Below the pieces are notes generated by a model that ran no database searches, had not been told where the DNA came from, and saw only the letters and a list, made by a program, of their open reading frames with translations. A stretch of DNA of 64,000 nucleotides from Promethearchaeota archaeon (GTDB lineage: Archaea > Asgardarchaeota > Lokiarchaeia > Sigyniarchaeales > SOKP01), in NCBI GenBank assembly GCA_048938005.1, contig JBHLMQ010000002.1, forward strand, positions 107,784 through 171,783, read 5' to 3'. Each line of letters opens with the position of its first letter. The first letter of the stretch is position 1. The position numbers were made by a program, and so were the translations under genes. Shown here in pieces: positions 50,549-59,461 of this stretch.

Positions 50549-50905
50549 CTATTCTATTTCAAAATCCTCGATTATAGAGATTTTTTTTTCAGTATCAATC
50601 GTTATTGCGATAAGTTTTATTTCTTCTTCATCTTTAGTTTCAGGATCCATCATTACAAAATAAAACGTATTACCTTCAGTATCGTATCCAACTTCCATCT
50701 CTCCACAGTCATCAGATAGGATCTTTTTAATATTTGCTGGCGCATTCTCTTTTAAGATCTCATAAATGGCATCTTCAATTTTCTTCTGATCTTTTCGGAT
50801 TTTTTTAATATTCGCGAAATCAAATTGCCCCATTAACTCTTGGGCTTTAGTATTTAACTCATTCCATTCTTGGAACATTTTATTTAATTCAGGAGTTGAA
50901 GACAT
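50549..50905 (-). CDS. Hypothetical protein (118 aa)
   Basis: Helical hairpin followed by a beta-rich region; ATG start. Confidence 0.7.
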   Translation of the reverse strand: MSSTPELNKMFQEWNELNTKAQELMGQFDFANIKKIRKDQKKIEDAIYEILKENAPANIKKILSDDCGEMEVGYDTEGNTFYFVMMDPETKDEEEIKLIAITIDTEKKISIIEDFEIE

Positions 50906-51011
50906 AGATAATCATTATTATTATTTAAAATAAAATTTCTTATTATCGCAGAAATAATATTATTCAATTAACCTCTATTATATTAAATAATCTTAAAAGC
51001 AAGGTGAAATA

Positions 51012-51587
51012 ATGGACATCCAACTTCCAAAACCAATATTAAAAGGGATTAAAAGTCTTGAAGAATGTATTTATCAGCGTGAAAGTGTGAGAAGTTATAA
51101 GGATGATATCGTAGAGATTGAAAAAATTTCACAGATATTATGGGCAACTCAAGGGAAAAAAGGTGAAAAAAGAACTGTTCCGTCTGCGGGAGCAACTTAT
51201 CCATTGGAAATTTATGTAACCCTTAAGGATAAAGGTTTTTTTAATTATAATGTTAAGAAACATGCATTAGAATTAATTACTGAAGAAGATTTGAGCAATA
51301 AACTTGCTAGAGCCTCCTTGGATCAATATTTTATTGCTGAAGCATATATAAATATAATAATCTGCGCAATTTTTTCAAGAACTACTTGGAGATATGGACA
51401 AAGAGGTCTTAGATATGTATTCATTGAAGTGGGCCATTGTGCACAAAATGTTCATTTAGAAGCAGTTGCTTTAGGTTTAGCATCAGTACCAATTGGTGCT
51501 TTTGAAGATGACCAAGTAAAAGAAGTTCTTAAACTTCCTAAAAAAATTGAACCACTTTATATTATACCTATAGGGTATGGTAAATAA
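51012..51587 (+). CDS. SagB/ThcOx-like nitroreductase family protein
   Basis: RESVRSY, RTVPSAGATYPLE, EVGHCAQNVHL, IGAF. Confidence 0.93.
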   Translation: MDIQLPKPILKGIKSLEECIYQRESVRSYKDDIVEIEKISQILWATQGKKGEKRTVPSAGATYPLEIYVTLKDKGFFNYNVKKHALELITEEDLSNKLARASLDQYFIAEAYINIIICAIFSRTTWRYGQRGLRYVFIEVGHCAQNVHLEAVALGLASVPIGAFEDDQVKEVLKLPKKIEPLYIIPIGYGK

Positions 51588-51704
51588 ACTTGAGATTACT
51601 TTTACAATAATTTTTACAAGAGGGTGATGATATTAAAATAGGAACATTATAAATGGGTGCCCTTTTTAAAAATAAAACAAAAAAAAAAGATTAGAATTTG
51701 TGTA

Positions 51705-53225
51705 TTAACTTTTTCTCTTTCTCCTTATTATAAGTAAAGCGACCAACCCAATAATAGCTACACCTTCTATTATACTTGCTATTAATAGAAACAATGAAAA
51801 GTCTAATCCTGGAGTGCTTACAACATTGCAGTTATTATCAGCAAAAATATTTCCGGTACTTCCAGTCTCATTGATGCAATATGTATTATGTAGTAATGTA
51901 TTTCCGATAATCATATTATTATTACTAGTGTCTATTATTAATCCAATTTCATTGTTATTGGCGGTATTGGAGTCTACAAAATTATCATCGCTATTTAATA
52001 AGTAGATACCATAAAGTTGGTTATTATTTATATAATTTTCGCTAACAGCATTGTTATCACTAGTATCTATGAAGATTCCATGGTTAATATTATCTTTTAT
52101 TGAATTTTTATACAAAATATTATTATCACTATTGCTAAAGATATAGATACCACTTTCCATATTATGATTTAATAAATTATTTCTTAGAAAATTGTGATTG
52201 CTTCCAGTACTAACCCTTATTCCATCCCTACCATTATCATAGGCATTATTGCCTTCTATAGTATTATTATCACTAAAGGATAAGGTTATACCATCAAAAC
52301 CATTAGAATATACTATATTTTCTGAAATTATATTAGAATCAATATCAATTGAGTCAATGCTAATTCCACTGTTAGCATTTTCATATGCTAAATTTTTTGA
52401 AACAGTATTCTCATCACAATTTTCCAACCAAAATCCATGATTAGGATTTTCTTTTGCTGTATTTTTAGATAATATATTTTTATCACAAGAAACCAAATGA
52501 ATACCATGCGAGTTGTTCAATAGTACGTTTTCTGAAAATTCGTTTGAATTACTTATGAATGAAAAAATTCCATCACCTGTATTATTAAATATTTCATTTT
52601 TATCTATAGTGCTCCAATTAACGTCATTAAAACTTATACCAAGACCACCTTTTGACGCTAAATTCCTTGAAATTGTTAGAAATTTCCCACCATCTATAAG
52701 ATATCCTGCATCACACGAAGTTGCATTATTTTCGAAAAGGGTTAAAGAGCTACAATTGACGATATCCATCCCAATAATCAAGTTGTATAAATCATTCCCT
52801 TCTAGTATCCCATTTGTTGTATTTTCGATAAAAATCCCTATGCCTAAAACTGATGATCTAAACTTACAGTTGATGATTTTAAAATGGATTCTTGAATTAA
52901 ATATCCATAAACATATACCCCCCACCATATTGAAAATATCATCTTGAATTATATATGGATCTCCAGGAGTTCCAGAACCAGTACATATCCCTTGATTGAA
53001 TGCCCATGTCCAATTACCAGAAGTTGTAGTGCTAGTAGTAAGCAATGCATCAATAGTTATTGAATTAGTATAAGTAGTAGAAGTCTTCAAATCCATTTTA
53101 TTAATTTTATTCCTAGATACAATGTTTTGGTGGCTTGATAAGAGGTTTAAGGAAATCCCAATGTAGGTTAACGTTGAAATCATTAATAGTACTATTAATA
53201 TAGATTTAAATTCTCTAATTTTCAT
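51705..53225 (-). CDS. NosD-like parallel beta-helix surface protein with C-terminal TM
   Basis: CTGSGTPGDPYII, many GI...NN..I..N repeats, ends TPGLD-TM-RRKRKS. Confidence 0.88.
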   Translation of the reverse strand: MKIREFKSILIVLLMISTLTYIGISLNLLSSHQNIVSRNKINKMDLKTSTTYTNSITIDALLTTSTTTSGNWTWAFNQGICTGSGTPGDPYIIQDDIFNMVGGICLWIFNSRIHFKIINCKFRSSVLGIGIFIENTTNGILEGNDLYNLIIGMDIVNCSSLTLFENNATSCDAGYLIDGGKFLTISRNLASKGGLGISFNDVNWSTIDKNEIFNNTGDGIFSFISNSNEFSENVLLNNSHGIHLVSCDKNILSKNTAKENPNHGFWLENCDENTVSKNLAYENANSGISIDSIDIDSNIISENIVYSNGFDGITLSFSDNNTIEGNNAYDNGRDGIRVSTGSNHNFLRNNLLNHNMESGIYIFSNSDNNILYKNSIKDNINHGIFIDTSDNNAVSENYINNNQLYGIYLLNSDDNFVDSNTANNNEIGLIIDTSNNNMIIGNTLLHNTYCINETGSTGNIFADNNCNVVSTPGLDFSLFLLIASIIEGVAIIGLVALLIIRRKRKS

Positions 53226-53343
53226 ATTTTCAACCCTCTTTTAATAGAGAAGTCTATAATTCAAGATTATAAAGTTGTATTTAAATATTTTCAGAAAGTT
53301 ATGGTACTTTTAAAAATCTTGTACACTCTTTTTTAAATAATCT

Positions 53344-53892
53344 TTAATAAAATCTTTGGATCTCGTATTCTGACTTTTCAATTGTGAAAAACATGGCCAT
53401 TGAAGTAATGTTATTGTATTGAATTTGACCCATATATTTCATTCCTATTCTTTCAGCAACTTTCCATAATGATGCGCTTTTAGGATTTATAAACGCTATT
53501 ATTTTAGCTAAATTTAATTTGGTAAAAGCATATTCTATAAGCTTTTTCATTGATTCTATAGCAAATCCCTGACCTCTATATCTAGGTAGCAGAGCATAGA
53601 AACATTCTACCTCATTACTACTTTCTAAAGGGATTAATCCACAAATCCCAATAAGATTATTGCTTTCCTTGTTTATAATTATTAAGGCAACCATTGGTCC
53701 TGAAGTATTATTTGAAGCAATAATAGATCGGAGTAAAGTCTTTTTATCCTTTTCTGGTTTATTTTTCAAGAAGAATTTTAGGTTTTCTGCAATATCATTA
53801 ACTTCAAAAATTTCTAATATAAATTCAAAATCGTCCTGATTAGTTGATCTAAGGATAAGTCTTTTCGTCTCTATTTGGTTAGTAACATTCAT
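53344..53892 (-). CDS. RimJ/RimL-type GNAT N-acetyltransferase
   Basis: IETKRLILR, YRGQGFAIE, VAERIGM. Confidence 0.9.
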   Translation of the reverse strand: MNVTNQIETKRLILRSTNQDDFEFILEIFEVNDIAENLKFFLKNKPEKDKKTLLRSIIASNNTSGPMVALIIINKESNNLIGICGLIPLESSNEVECFYALLPRYRGQGFAIESMKKLIEYAFTKLNLAKIIAFINPKSASLWKVAERIGMKYMGQIQYNNITSMAMFFTIEKSEYEIQRFY

Positions 53893-53974
53893 CTAATATA
53901 TTGAACTTATAAAATATCCATTATTTAGTTTAAAGGTTGTATTAATATATAAAATTTCAATTTAGTTACAATTG

Positions 53975-54991
53975 TTAGTCATTTACAATAACGATTAATG
54001 TTGGCCAACTATTAATTCCATCAACCAAATTTGAATCTATCATTGGTTGTGTATTGTTATAGATATCAGTTGCTTTAATACTTATATTGAAGGTTCCTGG
54101 TAATTCAATAGTAATCAAAGCTTTCCAGAAGACCCATACATGATCTAAATCAACGCTTTTGACAATATCAGCATTACTCCAATTCAAACCATCATTGAGT
54201 GTATATTCAATTTTAGAAATCCTTGTGCCTCCAAAAGCGGCCCCTCCAACTTCAAAAGCTACTCCAACTTTTACATTAACACCATCTTTAGGAAAAAAAA
54301 TTGTTGAATCAACGTCCATAGGTGGAGAGGTGTCCCAACCTCTATCATCCCAATAATCTTCAAGTGGTCTATCCATAACTTCTATTTCTATTACCCATGC
54401 CGGTTGCTTTGCTCCATATGAACCAGGATTGACAATTCTTAGAGGAAAACCTTGAACGAGAGGTAAGATTTTTCCATTCATATAGAGAGCTCCAATAGTT
54501 CCGTTATCTCTTATTTGATCAAGTGTATGAGAAACATAATATCCATCTGCTGCCATATATCTTACTCCTGTTGCATTTTCTTTCAAACCAAGCGACTCCA
54601 AGAGATCATATAATAAAAAACCTCTCCACACAGCAGTAGATAGAAGTGGCCCTTTAGGGAAATTACCAATACATTCTGTTGTTAATGTTCGATCAATTAG
54701 ATCTAAAGCCTGAAGTTCAGAAAGAGTGAAATTTTTTGGGTTATTTATTTGCCCCCACACAACGAGTTTGTAAGTATTTGAATCAATCTCAGGAATAGGT
54801 CCTATTCTTGCTGTAAAATAATCTTCATTTTTGGTTATGAAATCTGGAAATTTGTCCACATTTTTTTCAGAGAAATTCTCAACATATACAAATGTAATAA
54901 TTATGCTAGCTCCTATTAAAACACTAGCTAGAATGATACCTAGGAATAGTTTCTTTTTCTTTATTAAATTTAAACGTTCCCTTAGTTTCAA
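53975..54991 (-). CDS. Membrane-anchored sulfite oxidase-family molybdopterin oxidoreductase
   Basis: TECIGN, MNG..LPLVQGFPLRIVNPGSYGAK, YWDDRGW, C-terminal Ig-like domain. Confidence 0.92.
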   Translation of the reverse strand: MKLRERLNLIKKKKLFLGIILASVLIGASIIITFVYVENFSEKNVDKFPDFITKNEDYFTARIGPIPEIDSNTYKLVVWGQINNPKNFTLSELQALDLIDRTLTTECIGNFPKGPLLSTAVWRGFLLYDLLESLGLKENATGVRYMAADGYYVSHTLDQIRDNGTIGALYMNGKILPLVQGFPLRIVNPGSYGAKQPAWVIEIEVMDRPLEDYWDDRGWDTSPPMDVDSTIFFPKDGVNVKVGVAFEVGGAAFGGTRISKIEYTLNDGLNWSNADIVKSVDLDHVWVFWKALITIELPGTFNISIKATDIYNNTQPMIDSNLVDGINSWPTLIVIVND

Positions 54992-55236
54992 ATTATTTCA
55001 TTTATATCCAATATTAGTTTTAAGATTACCCATTAAGATTTAAAACTATATACTTTAAAAATAATAATGACGCTTATCAAATCAAAACTTTCTTGAGATT
55101 ATCTGAAGTTTTCTACATTGGATTAGTAAACTTTTAGATTATTTTATTTTTTATTTTAATTTTATTATAAAAGAGTTTATTTTTTAAACAACCCCAAATA
55201 AATTCTTAAATATACCTTTTTTGGAGAAAATAATAA

Positions 55237-56052
55237 GTGAAAATTGATTTTCGGGAAGCTAAAAGTATTATAACAAAAAGCAATATTCCTTCAATTGATT
55301 ATGTTATAAATCCCTATACTGGTTGTCAGCACGGTTGTATTTATTGTTATGCTGAATTTATGATTAGATTTACCAACCATAAAGGGGATAAATGGGGACA
55401 TTTCTTAGATATCAAAACCTTTGATTTGAATAAGATTAAGCCCCAGAGATACAATGGAAAAACAATCTTATTAAGTTCAGTAACAGATCCATATATCCCA
55501 TTAGAGAAAAAATATAGAAATACTCGTAAAATATTAGAAAGACTGGTTGGTACTGAAGCGGAGATCTCTATTCTCACTAAATCGAAATTAGTTGTTAGAG
55601 ATATTGATTTATTTAAGAAATTTAAAAATGTTAGAGTTGGTATTTCGATTAGCACTCTAAATGAGAATTTTGCAAGGATAATCGAAAGAGCGGCGTCTAA
55701 ACCGATTGATAGATTAGAAGCTATTAAGCAAATTTCTGAAGCAGGAATTGAAACTTATACATTTATATCACCTTTTTTTCCAGAAATTACTAATTTTAAA
55801 GCAATTATTGAAAAGACATTAGAATATTCCGATCGTTATAGCTTTGAGAACTTGAATTTCAGACCTCATAATATTCCACGAATTATGAAAGTAATTAAAG
55901 AATATTATCCAGGATTGCTACTAAAATATAAAGAAATCCAAAAAGATCGGAGTTATTGGGATATTCTTGAGAGCGAGATTGGGGAATATTGCGAAAAGAA
56001 GAAACTCAATTATAGTATTGAATTTCATCATGGAGGATTTTCAAAAAGTTAA
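55237..56052 (+). CDS. Radical SAM protein, SplB-like
   Basis: INPYTGCQHGCIYCYA, SSVTDPY, ILTKS. Confidence 0.92.
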   Translation: MKIDFREAKSIITKSNIPSIDYVINPYTGCQHGCIYCYAEFMIRFTNHKGDKWGHFLDIKTFDLNKIKPQRYNGKTILLSSVTDPYIPLEKKYRNTRKILERLVGTEAEISILTKSKLVVRDIDLFKKFKNVRVGISISTLNENFARIIERAASKPIDRLEAIKQISEAGIETYTFISPFFPEITNFKAIIEKTLEYSDRYSFENLNFRPHNIPRIMKVIKEYYPGLLLKYKEIQKDRSYWDILESEIGEYCEKKKLNYSIEFHHGGFSKS

Positions 56053-56097
56053 AACCAATTCTAAAATTATTACCATTAAAAAGATTAGTTTATTCAA

Positions 56098-56745
56098 ATG
56101 CCAAGTGGCGTAATTTCTCACCAAGCACCGGGTTTAGCGTTAAAAATAAAATATCCCAAAAGGTTTGACGGAACAGCTCTTTGTCTCAGTACTTTAGTTC
56201 CTGATTTTAATGTGATTATAGACCTATTTATACCATTTTCATTTAGAAATATTACTCATAGTTTATTGGGATTATTCATATATACTATACCGTTGACTAT
56301 AATATTAACTATAATATTTTGTAAATATATTGGTCCATTTGTTTCTAACCTTGCGAAAAAAAATAGCAAGATATATTATCCTTTGAAATATTTTGGCATC
56401 GATGAATGGGATAACTTAAAGAAAAAAGAATATAATAGGAGATATTTCTTTGTTGCATCTTATTCTTCGCTTATTGGAGCATTTACACATCTTTTACTCG
56501 ATCTTCCCGCACATGAATACATAGAGTTATTTTTTCCACTAATTATGCAATCTCCTGATTTTTTATTATACTCTATTGTAGATTTTGGTCCTATTTATAT
56601 AGGTCCATTGCAAATCGACCGTAATTTAACGGTATATCAACTTATATGGACTATTGAAACCGTTATTACGTTAGTTATAGCTCTTTATCTTCTTAGGTAT
56701 ATCAAGAAACGCAATTTAATTAGTAAATGGTATAAAGAAACTTGA
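56098..56745 (+). CDS. DUF4184-like membrane metal-dependent hydrolase
   Basis: MP...SH, VPD, THS, THLLLD..AH. Confidence 0.8.
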   Translation: MPSGVISHQAPGLALKIKYPKRFDGTALCLSTLVPDFNVIIDLFIPFSFRNITHSLLGLFIYTIPLTIILTIIFCKYIGPFVSNLAKKNSKIYYPLKYFGIDEWDNLKKKEYNRRYFFVASYSSLIGAFTHLLLDLPAHEYIELFFPLIMQSPDFLLYSIVDFGPIYIGPLQIDRNLTVYQLIWTIETVITLVIALYLLRYIKKRNLISKWYKET

Positions 56746-56763
56746 GATTAATAAATTAAATAT

Positions 56764-56790
56764 AAAAAAAAAGTTGGCTCTTATGAGCCG
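56764..56790 (-). terminator. Hairpin + U-tract terminator for 56794..59046
   Basis: Minus strand reads GGCTC-ATAA-GAGCC-AAC-TTTTTTTTT just after the stop. Confidence 0.6.
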
Positions 56791-56793
56791 TAA

Positions 56794-59046
56794 TTAGACT
56801 AGATAAAAAGATCGATTAAGTACCAATTCGTGGAATCCATAGTCGTCATGATAACCAACTATCCATGCAAAATAATTTATTCCAAGGTCAAGATCTAAAT
56901 CAACTGTGAAATAGTTAGGTTCAACTATTTTATAGAAAAATTGTGCGTAACCGGGTAAACCAAGCATTAGCTCATCCCAAACCCAAAAACTACCGTCATA
57001 GGAATATCTTATACTGTCAAACTGATAGTTCATTGTGTAGGGAGGAAAGGCTATACGCTGTGTTCTTTCTGAAAATGATTCTTTCCAAACTGCAATAATA
57101 TAGCATATCTCATCATCTATAACAGTGGCCAATCCTCTTAACCGATTCGTAGCTGGGTCGAAAAACCCGTTGATGATTTCATCTTCTTCAGGAGTAGTAA
57201 TATCCCATCCATTTTCTGCTAGGAATGGATAATTATCATATCCTGGTCCTGGCCATGATGTGTCATCACCGCTATAATCCGACCAATAATTCCCCTCTAG
57301 CATATAGATATTATGCCAATTATTAAGCCCTGGATACTCATCCGATGCTTGTATGTCATTTTCTATTATGTTGTTGTGATAGATATGATTTTGTAGACAA
57401 TATCCTTCTAAGAATATACCGACAATGTTATTATTAATTGTATTCCTAAAAATGTCGTTATTATTTACATAGGAGAAATAGACTCCGTAAGAATTTTGTT
57501 CGAGTGTATTTCCAACGAGTATATTGTCTTCTGCAGGACCAAACCAGCCAATGATGACAATACCAGCCCCTCCGTGTCCGGCACAATAATTATCGGTTAT
57601 AATGTTTCCATTCGTTCCTGATAGTACAATGCCTGAACCAGGATATTGGTCTGAACCAAGATTCTCCATACAGTTATTATCAGTTATTGTGTTATAGTCT
57701 GCGTTACCTAATAAAAAGATACCAAACTCAATGTTATTGGAACAAGCATTTTCTATTACTTCATTATGACTTGACCCGTATCCCATAGAGATACCCCATA
57801 GATTCCCAGGGCACAAATTCTGTATTATTAAATTATTATAGGAGTTTTCAAGATTAATACCAGCTTCGCCATTTTCGCTACAGTTATTATTGACTATAGA
57901 GTTTCCATCTGAAGATTCGACCGAAATTCCTGAAGCATGATTTTCGTTACAAACATTATTCGTTATTTCATTACCATAGGAGTTCATCCAATGGGCATAA
58001 TCGCTTATTATATGTAGACCTATAAAATTTTCACTGAAAGTATTCCAGGCAATATTATTGTATTCGGCATTATATACTTGCATCCCAGTAAACCCATTTC
58101 CGTACGCAAGATTATTTTCTACTGTATTTTGATAGGAACTATCAAGAACGATTCCCGATTCAAAGTTATCATAGCAAAGGTTATCATTTATAGTATTATA
58201 AAATGCCATATTGAATAACACAATCCCTGATCGTGCATTCTTAAAACATCTATTCTTCGTAATCATATTATATGATGAATAGGTCATGACAAGAATACCT
58301 TGTTCGAAGAAATTTTCAGAGCAAACATTATCTATAACATCATTTCCATGAGCGTATATAAGTTGAATCCCATGCCCGTTTTTGTTGCATTTATTTTTCG
58401 ATATTGAATTAAAATTCGAGTCATTGTACAAAAAAATACCTACCAAAACATTATTAGAACAGTCGTTTTTTGTTACTTCATTATTAGATGATCCCTCTCC
58501 AATGATAATACCATATAGATTCCCAGAGCATAAATTTTGTGTCATTATATTATCATTGGAGGCTTCAAGATAAATACCTGGTCCTTCATTGTCGTAGCAG
58601 AGATTTTTCTTTATTTTGTTGTTATGAGAAGCAATTAGTGCTATTCCAGATCCTTGTCCTGATCCTGGCAATCCAACCCAAGAAAATTGATTTTTGAAAA
58701 TTACGCCATTTTGAGTGTTGATTAATGCTAGTCCCGCGTTTCTCTCTACTGGTGGTGGTTTGGTATTGAAAAATGTACAACCCATTATTTTAAAGTATGC
58801 TTCAGAGTTCATGATAACCATACAATAAGAAAAGCCTTCACCATCTATAATAACATTTCTTATTATATACGGATCTTCTTCCGTACCGGAACCCTTACAC
58901 CATGGTTGTAAGGATGCTTGCTGCCAGGTATAATCTCCAAAGCCCCAATCATCTATAACTAAAGGATCTAGAATCCAATATTTCGGTTTAGCTCCAACTA
59001 TAGCTACTATAGGAAAAGTAAATGAAAGTGTAAGTATAATTACCAA
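56794..59046 (-). CDS. Large NosD-like parallel beta-helix secreted protein
   Basis: WCKGSGTEEDPYII, about 17 beta-helix coils, GNYWSDY cap, N-terminal hydrophobic signal. Start uncertain. Confidence 0.88.
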   Translation of the reverse strand: MVIILTLSFTFPIVAIVGAKPKYWILDPLVIDDWGFGDYTWQQASLQPWCKGSGTEEDPYIIRNVIIDGEGFSYCMVIMNSEAYFKIMGCTFFNTKPPPVERNAGLALINTQNGVIFKNQFSWVGLPGSGQGSGIALIASHNNKIKKNLCYDNEGPGIYLEASNDNIMTQNLCSGNLYGIIIGEGSSNNEVTKNDCSNNVLVGIFLYNDSNFNSISKNKCNKNGHGIQLIYAHGNDVIDNVCSENFFEQGILVMTYSSYNMITKNRCFKNARSGIVLFNMAFYNTINDNLCYDNFESGIVLDSSYQNTVENNLAYGNGFTGMQVYNAEYNNIAWNTFSENFIGLHIISDYAHWMNSYGNEITNNVCNENHASGISVESSDGNSIVNNNCSENGEAGINLENSYNNLIIQNLCPGNLWGISMGYGSSHNEVIENACSNNIEFGIFLLGNADYNTITDNNCMENLGSDQYPGSGIVLSGTNGNIITDNYCAGHGGAGIVIIGWFGPAEDNILVGNTLEQNSYGVYFSYVNNNDIFRNTINNNIVGIFLEGYCLQNHIYHNNIIENDIQASDEYPGLNNWHNIYMLEGNYWSDYSGDDTSWPGPGYDNYPFLAENGWDITTPEEDEIINGFFDPATNRLRGLATVIDDEICYIIAVWKESFSERTQRIAFPPYTMNYQFDSIRYSYDGSFWVWDELMLGLPGYAQFFYKIVEPNYFTVDLDLDLGINYFAWIVGYHDDYGFHELVLNRSFYLV

Positions 59047-59167
59047 TAGACTTATTTTAATATTTTTTTTTTGCGTTTTAACTCACCTTTATTTTTTTAT
59101 AGATTACTTGATCGATATTGATCAAAATTTGGTTACTTCAATTTGAATTAAAAAGATTATGTCGAAC

Positions 59168-59241
59168 TTTACCACTATATATTGGAAAAATAGTGGTAAA
59201 AAATATATTTTGGTGGTAAAAGTTTACGAATTACTAGTAAA
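59168..59241. promoter_or_regulatory. Operator-like array (TTTACCACTAT-N11-ATAGTGGTAAA plus related copies)
   Basis: 11-bp inverted repeat, then TGGTGGTAAA and TACTAGTAAA at about 20-bp period. Confidence 0.55.
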
Positions 59242-59461
59242 ATTAAAAGAGCTAACTATATTTACTACAATCGATTTATAAGAAGTGCGGGTTAGTTTTT
59301 AACACTTCTCATAAGAAACTGACCTATGTTCCTTTTATTTTAAAATGGTGTGAAATTTTATAAAAAAAAGTGTATATATATATAAAAAATTTTAATAAAT
59401 TACTATAATAGTTATATTTATATTTCCAGTTCAGAAGAAAATTGATTTCATGAAAGGGTAG

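Noticed and set aside
52513-52947. Antisense ORFs within the beta-helix gene (also 51814..52005 and 52249..52440)
   Set aside because: Shadows of the repetitive Asn/Ile-rich coding strand.
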